Assembly: GCA_043779265.1 (NCBI GenBank)
Contig: JAYWEM010000028.1
Location: 1-28,929 of the forward strand
DNA length: 28,929 bases
Reading direction: 5' to 3'
Source of the DNA: a bacterium
GTDB taxonomy: Bacteria; Eisenbacteria; RBG-16-71-46
A program made the translations under genes and the position numbers. The notes beneath the pieces are model-generated. The model saw only the letters and a list, made by a program, of their open reading frames with translations. It was not told the origin of the DNA and ran no database searches. This document shows positions 1 through 8,472 of this stretch, in pieces. Every line of letters begins with the position of its first letter. Position 1 is the stretch's first letter.

Positions 1-958
1 AGATCTGGTCGAGCCAGACGTAGGTGCTCTTGGCCATGAGCAGCGTGGTCGGCATCCATTCCGCATCGCGGCTGAAGCGCTCGTACTCGATATCGGCCGA
101 GCTGTAGCGGGGTACGGCGGCTGCACTCGAGTCGCCGAACGTGCCTTGTCCGGCAGCCCAGGTGTTACCTCTCGCGTCGGCCTCCGCCCGTGCGGCGAAC
201 CACGCGTCCTCCTCTCGGCGGAGGTCGAATGCCGTGAGCAGGCGCTCGAGGAGGTCGCCGAGCAGCCACTGCCAATGCGTGCGCACCCACTCGAGTTGGT
301 CGTGCAGGGAACCCGGCGAAGCGATTGCGGGTTGCCGCAGGAAGTCGACCAGATTGCGCTGCTGCGGCCCGAAGCGCGGCCGAGTCTCGAACCAGGCACG
401 CATCAGGAGGGTCAGGCGATGGAACGCGGTGCCGTGCGTCAGCGCCAGCGACTCGAAGAGGTCGCGATAGGGCGCGGCTGCATCATTCGCCTGCGTGAGC
501 CAGAGCGCGAGGAGTTCCTCGAGCGCCACGGCACGATGCGGCGTCGCGCCGGTCGCACCCGCCAGCCAGACCATCGGATCCATGCCGCCCCGGTGCACAG
601 CCATCGGGGGGAACTGCTCGACGAACGTGAGGAGCACGCGATCGAGTTCGTGTGATCCGAGTCGCGCCGACAGCCACGGCAGCGCGCCCGTGAACGCCGC
701 GTCGTCGTGATCGGAGCGGAAGCGCTCCATCGCCAGATGCGCCAGTTCATCGAGCAGTCCGAGCGCGAACAGATCGGCGGCACGCGCGATGGGCGAGCCG
801 CCCCGCGCTTCGGTCCAGCGTGCGGCCAGTCGGTGAGCGGCCGCGGGGTTCGCGAGGACGACGCGGCCGGTGGTGTGGAACAGGGCCTCGTCGAAGCCGG
901 CGCGCTCGCGCGCGGCGCGGCTGATGTGGAACTCGTAGGTGGGTGTACGGGTGGGCAT
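1..958 (-). CDS. Alpha-amylase family (GH13) glycoside hydrolase, N-terminal part; runs off the window edge
   Basis: Not in the ORF track. Manual translation from ATG at 958 gives MPTRTPTYEFHISRAARERAGFDEALF...EYERFSRDAEWMPTTLLMAKSTYVWLDQI, open to position 1. The 'EFHIS' start and 'ERFSxDxxWMP...AKxTYVWLDQ' block match my recollection of a large GH13 subfamily; the catalytic domain would lie outside the window. Confidence 0.7.
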   Translation of the reverse strand, partial: MPTRTPTYEFHISRAARERAGFDEALFHTTGRVVLANPAAAHRLAARWTEARGGSPIARAADLFALGLLDELAHLAMERFRSDHDDAAFTGALPWLSARLGSHELDRVLLTFVEQFPPMAVHRGGMDPMVWLAGATGATPHRAVALEELLALWLTQANDAAAPYRDLFESLALTHGTAFHRLTLLMRAWFETRPRFGPQQRNLVDFLRQPAIASPGSLHDQLEWVRTHWQWLLGDLLERLLTAFDLRREEDAWFAARAEADARGNTWAAGQGTFGDSSAAAVPRYSSADIEYERFSRDAEWMPTTLLMAKSTYVWLDQI

Positions 959-993
959 GGTCTGGCCGAGGTTAACAGCGAGCTGCGGGCGCG

Positions 994-2835
994 TCAGAAC
1001 GAGTGCCCGGAGGCCACGTGTGTGGAGTCGGTGACGGCGCTCGAGTCGGCAGCCGCGGCGACGGTGTCGCGGGCGGTGTACAACGAGCCGGCGCTGCCTG
1101 CGAGCGTGATCGCCAGCGAGTCGGCGGGCCGGACGAGCGTCGAGTCGAGCCATCCCTTGGAGGACATCTTACCGGCGATGAAGCGCATCTGGTCTCTCAC
1201 CCAGGGCTTCAGCTCGCCCTCCGCGGTGAGCCGGCCGCGCCATCGCCGAGGGCTCGGCACCAGGGTCGCAAGGAAAAGGGACTCATCGAGTGTCAGCCGA
1301 CTGGCGTCTTTGTCGAAGTAGTAGCGGGCCGCCTCTCCGGCGCCATGAATGCCCGGGCCCCATTCGATGATGTTGAGGTAGATCTCGAGCAAACGTTCCT
1401 TCGGGACGCGGGCCAGATGTTCGAGGCTCCAGGCGAGCACGACTTCCTGGCCCTTGCGAGCGAGGGTCTTCTGTTGGCCGAGGAACAGGTTGCGCGCGAT
1501 CTGCATCGTGATGGTGCCGGCGCCGCGCTTGAATCGTCCGGCACGCAGGTTCTCGGCGATGGCGAGCTGGATCGCCTGCGTGTTGAAGCCGCGATGCCAC
1601 CAGAAGCCGCCGTCCTCGTTGGTGAGCACGGCATCGCGCAGGTTCGGCGTGATCGAGGCCAGTGGGCGGAAGTCGGGGTTCGCGGGGGAGAGTTCACGCG
1701 AGACCGTTCCACTCGGCACATGGATGTGCGCGATGAACGGGCCCCGAAGCGCGGTCAGGGGCAGTTGATTGTCGTCGCCGAGGACGAGCGCCTTGGACCG
1801 GGTACGCGCATCGAAGCGGACGCTGTCGGGATGAGCGACATCGAGTGTAAGCGCACCCTCCCAGTCGAACGCCCCACGCACGCGCATTGCATCGAGCGGG
1901 CCGAGCAGGATGCGCGGCGTGCTGGCACGGATGTCGGCCTCGGTCAGGTCGCTCCCCGCCCAAGTGGCCTCGAAGCGCGGGCCCGCACGCCGGATGCGGC
2001 CCGCGAGTGTGAAGGTCAACGAACCGACGCGCAGCGTCGCGCCTTCCTGGAGTCGCAGCTCGCCAGCCGTACGATCCTGTGCGAGTGCGCCGTCGAGCAT
2101 CAGCGTGAGCGGCTTTGTCGAGCCACTCACCGGGTCGGCGAGCGTGAAGCTGGCTCGAGCGCCGAACGTGTCGTCGCCCTTCCAGTTCGCAAGCACTTCG
2201 AAGGGCACCGAATCGGCGAGCGCGAGCGTGCCGACGCCGGACATCTGGAGTCCGGTGCTCGGGTGCGTCAGCTCGAACGCCTCGATCCAGGCGCCGCGCT
2301 CCCCTCTCTGGAGGCGGACGCGCGCGAGTCGCAGCTCGGGCAGGCGACGTGCTGGGAGGAGCACCGCGTTCGCGAGCTGCTGCGCCGCGGCCCGGACGCG
2401 AGAGTCCACCGGACGGCTACGGGCGGAAGTGGGTTCCGCTTCGGGTGTCCACGCCGGCTCGTCGGTCTCGGCGGGAGCCGTTCCTCCGATCGAGATCGCG
2501 GCGTCGTTCAGTGTGAGTCGCGCCGGTCTCGGGGGCCAGGCGAACGCCAGCGCCACATCGAGTTCGTTCGCGTGCAGCGCGGTGTCGCCTTGGGCGCGCG
2601 TGAGCGTCAGGCCACGCAGCCGGATGCTCGCCGGGTAGGACACGTCGAGCGCGCGCCAGGAGGCGGTGAGGCCCCGACCCGCGGCGGCGCGACGCACCTG
2701 ATCGGCCACGAGGCCACTCAGCGCCCAGGGGAGCAGGGCGATCGCCATGAGAAGTGAGGCGGCGACGGCGATCCATCGCCGGGGAATGGCGCGTACCGCG
2801 CCGCGGAGGCCTGAGCCATCTCGTTCGTGTCGCAC
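994..2835 (-). CDS. Monofunctional biosynthetic peptidoglycan transglycosylase (GT51) with N-terminal TM anchor and long beta-rich extension
   Basis: GT51 motifs EDGGFWWHRGF, GAGTITMQIARNLFL, RKGQE, KERLLEIYLN. No transpeptidase domain follows. Start uncertain. Confidence 0.88.
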   Translation of the reverse strand: MRHERDGSGLRGAVRAIPRRWIAVAASLLMAIALLPWALSGLVADQVRRAAAGRGLTASWRALDVSYPASIRLRGLTLTRAQGDTALHANELDVALAFAWPPRPARLTLNDAAISIGGTAPAETDEPAWTPEAEPTSARSRPVDSRVRAAAQQLANAVLLPARRLPELRLARVRLQRGERGAWIEAFELTHPSTGLQMSGVGTLALADSVPFEVLANWKGDDTFGARASFTLADPVSGSTKPLTLMLDGALAQDRTAGELRLQEGATLRVGSLTFTLAGRIRRAGPRFEATWAGSDLTEADIRASTPRILLGPLDAMRVRGAFDWEGALTLDVAHPDSVRFDARTRSKALVLGDDNQLPLTALRGPFIAHIHVPSGTVSRELSPANPDFRPLASITPNLRDAVLTNEDGGFWWHRGFNTQAIQLAIAENLRAGRFKRGAGTITMQIARNLFLGQQKTLARKGQEVVLAWSLEHLARVPKERLLEIYLNIIEWGPGIHGAGEAARYYFDKDASRLTLDESLFLATLVPSPRRWRGRLTAEGELKPWVRDQMRFIAGKMSSKGWLDSTLVRPADSLAITLAGSAGSLYTARDTVAAAADSSAVTDSTHVASGHSF

Positions 2836-2923
2836 TGCGAGCGACTCTGGGGAGAGAGGCGAAGCCCGTCAAGCAGAAGCGCCCAGCGCAGGTGTGTGCC
2901 GGGCGCTTCGAGTGCAGTCGGCC

Positions 2924-3841
2924 TCAGGCGACCGGAGTCTCTTTCGTCGCCTTGTACTCCGCCCACGCAGCGGGTGCTTCAGTCAGGAACGACGTGTGGC
3001 GGGGCACCCAGCCCAGTTCACGGCGTGCCTTGGTCGACGTGACCCGGATGTCGCTGAGCAGTGCCTTGCCGAACAGGCCGAGCTTCTCGACGAGCTGCTT
3101 CGGGTTCTGTGCGATCGCCTTGGCTCCGCTGGCGGCCGCTGCCGCCGCCGCCAGTTCGCGTACCGTGGGGTGCGTGTCGTCGGCGAGGATGTAGCGCTCA
3201 CCGCCCGGGGCATGCTCGAGCGCGAGGGCGTAGGCCTCGGCGACGTCATCGCGATGCACCATCGCCCAGTGCTGATCGCCTCCCGGGAAGTGGATGGTCT
3301 TCTTCTCGCGGGCGCTGTTCCACCAGGAGTGGAGGATGCCGCGACCCTCGCCATAGACCATGCCCGGGCGCAGGATGATCGTCTCGACCTCATGGGAATC
3401 GAGAGCGATCGCAACCTCCTCGTGCGCGGCGAGCCACGAGACGAGTTCGAGCGGCTGAAGCGGCGCCGACTCATCCAGCACCTCGCCGTCGCTGCCGCCC
3501 ATCACCCAGACACCGCTGGTGTAGAGCACCTTGCGCACCCGTCCATCGAGCGCCGCATGGCGGAACGCCTCGAGCGCCTCGGCATCGCGGTCGCTCGCTC
3601 CGTGCTGCGGGTCGGAGGCCAGGTGCACGACGGCGTCGCAGTTCTGCAAGACGCCCATCCACTCATTCGGAGCCTGCAGGTCGCCGTGCACCGGCGTGAT
3701 CCCGGCGGCTTCAAGGGCGTGGCCACGTTCCTTGTTGCGGGTCAGCCCGAACACTTCGTAGCGCCCATCGCGGGCGAGGCGCGCGGCGACGGCGCTGCCG
3801 ATGTAGCCGGTTGCTCCGGTGACGAACACTCGGGTGGTCAT
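2924..3841 (-). CDS. NAD-dependent epimerase/dehydratase family (atypical SDR)
   Basis: VFVTGATGYIG Rossmann motif, AVVHLA, YTSGVWV, RPGMVYG, VHRDDVA, KARRELGWxP. SD AGGAG about 6 nt upstream of the ATG. Confidence 0.9.
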   Translation of the reverse strand: MTTRVFVTGATGYIGSAVAARLARDGRYEVFGLTRNKERGHALEAAGITPVHGDLQAPNEWMGVLQNCDAVVHLASDPQHGASDRDAEALEAFRHAALDGRVRKVLYTSGVWVMGGSDGEVLDESAPLQPLELVSWLAAHEEVAIALDSHEVETIILRPGMVYGEGRGILHSWWNSAREKKTIHFPGGDQHWAMVHRDDVAEAYALALEHAPGGERYILADDTHPTVRELAAAAAAASGAKAIAQNPKQLVEKLGLFGKALLSDIRVTSTKARRELGWVPRHTSFLTEAPAAWAEYKATKETPVA

Positions 3842-3858
3842 GATGGGGCTCCTAAGGC

Positions 3859-4030
3859 CAGGGGGTGTCCGAATAGTGTCGGCTCAGCCCAGCCGTCCTT
3901 GAGTGCGAAGTCCAGGAAGTCTCGAGTCGCAATACCCGTTCAACGCTCAGGATGCGTCGGGTATTCCCCTCGGTGTGTCAGGTTCCGGGGTATTCGCGCA
4001 AGATCAGGTGCCGCAGGTCACTGGCCCCTG
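3859..4030 (+). ncRNA. ssrS: Probable 6S RNA (ssrS-like) rod-shaped ncRNA; strand tentative
   Basis: About 170 nt intergenic segment with nested complementarity: CAGGGG(3859)/CCCCTG(4025-4030), CGGC/GCCG, CTTG..GCGAA/TTCGC..CAAG, GGAA/TTCC, AATACCCG(3931-3938)/CGGGTATT(3958-3965), ACGC/GCGT apex. The CTTGAGxGCGAA element resembles the 5' bubble of 6S RNAs. Confidence 0.55.
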
Positions 4031-4383
4031 TAGGTCACACGCGAAGTGCAGGTCTCATGCACCGTGATGGCCGCGAGATGCGGCACGACCGTGGCGAGTC
4101 GCTGCCAGATCCACACCGCGAGGTGCTCCGCGGTCGGGTTCTCGAGACCGGGGACTTCGTTGAGTACACGATGGTCCAGTTCGTTCTTGAAGATCGGATC
4201 GATGCGCTCGCGAACCTCGCCGAAGTCGAGCAGCCAGCCCATGCGGGGGTCCACGTCGCCCTCGAGCGTCACCTCGATGCGATAGGAGTGGCCGTGCATG
4301 CGGAAGCACTTGTGCTCGGCGGGCACGTGCGGCAGGCGATGTGCGGATTCGAATCGGAACTCGCGGGTCAGTTCGACGCGCAT
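4018..4383 (-). CDS. queD: 6-carboxy-5,6,7,8-tetrahydropterin synthase
   Basis: MRVELTREFRFESAHRLP..HKCFRMHGHSY..LDHRVLN..LENPTAE..VHET. True ATG at 4383 (the track ORF is over-extended). Confidence 0.95.
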   Translation of the reverse strand: MRVELTREFRFESAHRLPHVPAEHKCFRMHGHSYRIEVTLEGDVDPRMGWLLDFGEVRERIDPIFKNELDHRVLNEVPGLENPTAEHLAVWIWQRLATVVPHLAAITVHETCTSRVTYRGQ

Positions 4384-4387
4384 GGAG

Positions 4388-5092
4388 TCAGGCCTCGGGA
4401 GTGAGCGCGTAGCGCGTGGGGTCGGGAACGCCCGCCTCGCGGAATCCGTGGGCGCGCAGGCGACAGGAGTCGCAGCCACCGCAGGCGAGAGCGTCGGGCG
4501 AGGGATCGTAGCATGAGTGGGTGAGCGCGTAGTCGACGCCCAGCGACAGGCCGAGCCGGATGATTCCGGCCTTGCCGAGCGCCATGAGTGGGGTGTGCAC
4601 CTGGTAGCGGGTGCCCTCGACCCCGGCCTTGGTCGCGAGCGAGGCGAGCGACTCGAACGCCCGGATGTACTCGGGGCGACAGTCGGGGTAGCCGGAGTAG
4701 TCGATGGCATTCATGCCGGCGACGATGTCACTCGCACCGATCACCTCGGCCAGCCCGAGTGCGATGCTCAGGAACACGGTGTTGCGAGCCGGCACGTAGG
4801 TCACCGGGATCTCGGCCGCCATCGCCGACTCCTCGCGCCCCTTGGGTACCGCGAGGTCCGCGGTCAGCGCCGAACCGCCCAGCGCACGCAGGTCGACTCG
4901 CACGATGCGGTGATCCACGGCTCCGAGAGCTGCCGAGACACGTGATGCGGCGTCGAGTTCGACGGCGTGGCGCTGGCCGTAGTCGAACGCGAGCGTCGTC
5001 GAGGCGAATCCCTCCCGCCTCGCCCACGCGAGGCAGGTGGCGGAGTCGAGGCCACCCGAGAGCAGCACGACAGCAGCGCGGGGTGCGCTCAT
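4388..5092 (-). CDS. queC: 7-cyano-7-deazaguanine synthase
   Basis: SGGLDS, FDYGQRH, TYVPARN, SGYPDCR, SCY..CGGCDSC. ATG at 5092 overlaps the queE stop (ATGA). Confidence 0.96.
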   Translation of the reverse strand: MSAPRAAVVLLSGGLDSATCLAWARREGFASTTLAFDYGQRHAVELDAASRVSAALGAVDHRIVRVDLRALGGSALTADLAVPKGREESAMAAEIPVTYVPARNTVFLSIALGLAEVIGASDIVAGMNAIDYSGYPDCRPEYIRAFESLASLATKAGVEGTRYQVHTPLMALGKAGIIRLGLSLGVDYALTHSCYDPSPDALACGGCDSCRLRAHGFREAGVPDPTRYALTPEA

Positions 5093-5751
5093 ACGCCGCG
5101 CCTCGCGCCCCACAGCCAGACATGCAGTCGCGGCGACAGACGCACACCGTCACGCTTGCAGCGCTCGGCCAGCCAGCGGCCGCGGCTCTTGAGCTGCTCG
5201 TCGGTCAGCCCTTCGGGCATCCACGAAAGCCGATCGAGCGGCACACGGTTCAGCTGGGCGCGCTCGAGTGACTCGTCGGCATCGGCATCGTCGCTCACCA
5301 CCACCTTGAGCGTGGTGTTGGGGTCCTGGAGGAAGGCGTCGGCATGGGCCCAGGTCTCATCCGCGCGCCCGGTGGCCGATCGCAGCTTGGGCGACCAGTT
5401 GTAGTGGAGGCGGGCATCACGGATCGGCGGCGGCTCCAAGCCGCTGGTCTCGACCTCGACACGGTGCCACCTCGTGAGGGCTGCGCGCAGGAGCGAGGCG
5501 ATCCCCTCGTGCGCCAGCGGTTCGCCGCCGGTGACCACCAGCAGTCGCGCCGCACCCAGTGCTTCGAGCGAGGCGAACACGTCGTCCACATTCCGAGGCT
5601 CGCCGCCGGAGCCTTCCCACGTGTACTTGGTGTCGCACCAACTGCAGCCGACCGCGCAGCCCTGCAGGCGGAGGAAGTGGGCGGGAGTGCCCAAGGTTGA
5701 GCCCTCGCCCTGGAGCGAGTGGAAGAGCTCGGAGACGCGCACGCTGTTCAC
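5089..5751 (-). CDS. queE: 7-carboxy-7-deazaguanine synthase (radical SAM)
   Basis: [26 protein letters not shown] (CxxxCxxC), TGGEP, VETSG, SPK, SPRLH..W. GTG start at 5751 directly after the upstream stop. Confidence 0.93.
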   Translation of the reverse strand: MNSVRVSELFHSLQGEGSTLGTPAHFLRLQGCAVGCSWCDTKYTWEGSGGEPRNVDDVFASLEALGAARLLVVTGGEPLAHEGIASLLRAALTRWHRVEVETSGLEPPPIRDARLHYNWSPKLRSATGRADETWAHADAFLQDPNTTLKVVVSDDADADESLERAQLNRVPLDRLSWMPEGLTDEQLKSRGRWLAERCKRDGVRLSPRLHVWLWGARRGV

Positions 5752-5752
5752 G

Positions 5753-6541
5753 TCAGGGAGCGTCGAACTCGCCGCCCGGGAACTCGCGCAGGGCCTCGAC
5801 GGCGTTGGTGAAGATGACCGTGCCGGCGCGAGAGGAACCCTCACTCGCACGGCGGATCGTGGGGAACCACAGGCCGGCATGCTGTTCCCAGCCTTCCCAG
5901 GTCCACTCGGAGGACGCTTGCTGGCCCTGCAACACGAAGCTCCAGCTCGTCACGCGCCAGGTCGCGGTGTTGACGACCACCGTGTAGCGATCGCCCGGGG
6001 TCAGGCCGACGCCATCGAACGACATGCCGAAGCGTCGATGCACGACGCCTGCGAGCGTCGTGTCGCCGAGATCGGCGAGCCGGACGCCCGGGTCGCGAAG
6101 CTTGTAGGGCATCAGGAACCAGTAGCTGTCGTTGGTCCACAGGGCATCGCCACGCTGGATGGCGCGGCGGAGCGAGTCCCCCTGGAGCGAGCGCATAGCG
6201 AGCGTGGCCCAGCCTTGAGTGCTGTCGCCGAGCACATGCGCGACGGCGTAGTGCACGCCATCGCGGCCGACGCCATCGACCTTGTGCCAGCCGGAATGCT
6301 TGTTCCACGAGTGGCGGCGCGTGCTGCGCACGGTGTCGTTCACACTCGTGCCGAAGCTCCAGCGCAGGCCGTTGAGCGACTGGAAGCGCTCGGCGCCCCC
6401 GAGCGCCTCGATCACACGAGTCGCCGTCTCCTCGGCTCGGTTGGGCGCGGCGATCGACTCGGCGGCCAGCGGCGCCACGCCGATCGCGTGCAGCGCGAGC
6501 GCGCCCCACGCGAGCAGGCTGAGCTGGGATCGTCGGTTCAA
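5753..6541 (-). CDS. Secreted hypothetical protein (DSYWFLMPYKLRDPGV family), paralog of 6538..7266
   Basis: TTG at 6541 overlaps the upstream TGA. Signal-peptide-like MNRRSQLSLLAWGALALHAIGVAPLAA; conserved block shared with its neighbour. Confidence 0.8.
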   Translation of the reverse strand: MNRRSQLSLLAWGALALHAIGVAPLAAESIAAPNRAEETATRVIEALGGAERFQSLNGLRWSFGTSVNDTVRSTRRHSWNKHSGWHKVDGVGRDGVHYAVAHVLGDSTQGWATLAMRSLQGDSLRRAIQRGDALWTNDSYWFLMPYKLRDPGVRLADLGDTTLAGVVHRRFGMSFDGVGLTPGDRYTVVVNTATWRVTSWSFVLQGQQASSEWTWEGWEQHAGLWFPTIRRASEGSSRAGTVIFTNAVEALREFPGGEFDAP

Positions 6542-7266
6542 GGTGCCTCGAACAGTGCGGCGGGAAGTCGATCGTCGCGGGTGATGTCCTTGGTCCAGAC
6601 GCGCGTGCGTCCGTCCTCGCGGAGGTGGTTCGTCGCGAATGAGACGCCGTCCACGTTCACCCAATCCTCCCAGGTTCCGGTTTCGAGCCGCGTCTCGCCC
6701 TCGTGATGGAACTGCCAGTAGGCGATGCGGCCGCTCTGCTCATCGACATCGAAGTGATAGGTGTCACCACCGCCCTCGAACGTGATTCGCAGACGCTCAC
6801 GACCGTCGGCCTGTTTGCCGATGTGCGCCAGTTGGACGCCCGGATCGCGGAGCTTGAAGGGCATCAGGAACCAATAGGTGTCGTGGCGCCACAGCGCGCC
6901 GCCGCGGCGGACGAGCGTGCGCACGGTGTCACCGGCGAGCGCGGTTCCATCGACCCAGGCGGCCCCGGTCGAGTCGCCGAGCGTGTGCACGATGACGAAT
7001 CGCTTCCCGGCGCGATCCAGGTACTCGACGCGATGGCGATTGGAGTTGCGATCCCAGGCGTGGCGTCGCGAGGCCCGCACGGTATCGCCTCGCGTCACCT
7101 CGAACGTCCAGCGCATGCCGCCCCATGTGGCGAAGCGTTCGGCACCGAGTGAGGTCTCGAGGCGCTGGAGGATCGGCGTCGACGCTGCGTCGTGCGTGGA
7201 GGCGTTCGCATGCGCCGCGCTGGCGAGCATCAGGCTCAAGACTGCCGAGAGTGCGATGCGGCGCAT
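6538..7266 (-). CDS. Secreted hypothetical protein (DTYWFLMPFKLRDPGV family)
   Basis: ATG at 7266 overlaps the upstream TGA (TGATG). Signal peptide MRRIALSAVLSLMLASAAHA; ends ...ALFEAP, paralog ends ...EFDAP. Confidence 0.82.
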   Translation of the reverse strand: MRRIALSAVLSLMLASAAHANASTHDAASTPILQRLETSLGAERFATWGGMRWTFEVTRGDTVRASRRHAWDRNSNRHRVEYLDRAGKRFVIVHTLGDSTGAAWVDGTALAGDTVRTLVRRGGALWRHDTYWFLMPFKLRDPGVQLAHIGKQADGRERLRITFEGGGDTYHFDVDEQSGRIAYWQFHHEGETRLETGTWEDWVNVDGVSFATNHLREDGRTRVWTKDITRDDRLPAALFEAP

Positions 7267-7430
7267 CAGTGGCCCGAGCCGCCGCGCGCGAGCGTGTGCT
7301 CCTTGCTGCAGTTGAAGCAGCGGTAGTCGAGATGCGCCTGTCCCACCGGCCAATCGACGTGATTCTTGCGGCCGCACCCGGGACAGGAGATGCGCACGCG
7401 TTCGGTGGCGCCGGATGGCGTTTGCGACAT
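7266..7430 (-). CDS. Small 54-aa zinc-ribbon protein (CPGC-x18-CFNC)
   Basis: Not in the ORF track. MSQTPSGATERVRISCPGCGRKNHVDWPVGQAHLDYRCFNCSKEHTLARGGSGH*. Strong SD AGGAGG 6 nt upstream; stop coupled to the next ATG. Confidence 0.8.
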   Translation of the reverse strand: MSQTPSGATERVRISCPGCGRKNHVDWPVGQAHLDYRCFNCSKEHTLARGGSGH

Positions 7431-7508
7431 GGGGGTCCTCCTGACGAGGGTGAATGGCTGCCGATGCGGGAACGGGCGGGCAGTATAGCGGCCGACGCCC
7501 GAATGCGC

Positions 7509-7949
7509 TCAGCGCCGATAGCGCTTGGCGTAGACGCCGAGGCAGGCGTCCTGGATCACGGTGATCCCGGCCTCGGTGAGCCTGGCGGTGGCGTCTTCAT
7601 GGCGGATACCGCTCTGCAGCCACACGACGCGAGGCCGGCGCTCGAGGGGCAGCGCGAGGATGGAGTCGGCCAGCTCGGGGATGGCCTCGCTGCGACGGAA
7701 CACGTTGAGCACGTCGATGCCCGGAGGCAGTTCGTCGAGAGAGGCCAGCGTCGGCTGGCCGAGCGCGTGCGGGACCCTGGGGTTCACGCCCGTCATCTCG
7801 ATCCCCAGGCGCGACATCATGAGCGGAATCGTATGGGCAGGAGCGTCCGGATCGGGCTCGGCATCTTTGATCCCGAGGACGGCGACGCGTTTCATCGACC
7901 GGGCGATTCCGGAGCGTGTGTCCTCGTCATCTCGAAGCGCAGGGCTCAC
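7509..7949 (-). CDS. CoA-binding protein (YccU-like)
   Basis: VAVLG, GVNP, IDVLNVFRRSE, VVWLQSGI, VIQDAC. GTG overlaps the upstream stop. Confidence 0.88.
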   Translation of the reverse strand: MSPALRDDEDTRSGIARSMKRVAVLGIKDAEPDPDAPAHTIPLMMSRLGIEMTGVNPRVPHALGQPTLASLDELPPGIDVLNVFRRSEAIPELADSILALPLERRPRVVWLQSGIRHEDATARLTEAGITVIQDACLGVYAKRYRR

Positions 7950-8335
7950 GCCTCGCCCTCGCGGGCCTCGTCGATCTTGCCGAGCGGCTCGCCCCGCAGC
8001 AGCTTGGGGAGGAGAACCGTGAAGGCGGAGCGTGCCATGGCGTATTCCGCGCCTGCCTCGCGCACGGCTTTGAGGCGTTCGGTCTCGACATGCGATCCGA
8101 ACGCCACGACGCTGACGCTGCGGGTGCGCTCATTCAGTTTGAGGGCGCGGACGAGTGCGGGGGCGTCCCCGTCGGCGTTGAGGTCGAGCAGCACCAGGTC
8201 CGGAGGTTCGCTGGTGATGCGATCGAGTGCCTGCGGCATTCCGAGCAGGGATAAATCGACCCCGGCCGCTTTGGCCGTCGCCGTGATGCGCGAGGCGAAG
8301 AACAGGTCCGGGACCACGGCGATGACTCGGCGCAT
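7946..8335 (-). CDS. Stand-alone CheY-like receiver-domain protein (atypical)
   Basis: MRRVIAVVPDLFF..PDLVLLDLN..VVAFGSHV..AGAEYAMARS. ATG at 8335 with GGAGG SD. Confidence 0.8.
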   Translation of the reverse strand: MRRVIAVVPDLFFASRITATAKAAGVDLSLLGMPQALDRITSEPPDLVLLDLNADGDAPALVRALKLNERTRSVSVVAFGSHVETERLKAVREAGAEYAMARSAFTVLLPKLLRGEPLGKIDEAREGEA

Positions 8336-8472
8336 CGACGACCCTCCGCGTGTGCTGCGTGATTCGGTGGGGCCGCGGGGGCGGCTGCAGGGTCTCCTGC
8401 GCGTGAGCGCAGCGGAAACCGTTTCCAGCGGCAGAATGCGCTTCGAAGCCTGTCCCGGCAAGGAGACAGGAG

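Noticed and set aside
141..1321. Track ORFs at the window start (146..655, 707..1321 and others)
   Set aside because: The real gene is the minus-strand frame from 958 that runs off the edge; these ORFs are its shadows.
1003..4033. Long plus-strand ORFs 1003..2757 and 2747..4033
   Set aside because: They are antisense to the well-supported transglycosylase and SDR genes.
4018..5751. queCDE as a Dpd or phage DNA-modification island
   Set aside because: No dpdA/tgt-like, folE, integrase or phage genes and no obvious compositional shift; housekeeping context is more parsimonious.
7431..7508. preQ1 riboswitch upstream of the que operon
   Set aside because: No preQ1-I hairpin with A-rich tail is visible here, and the internal junctions leave no space for one.
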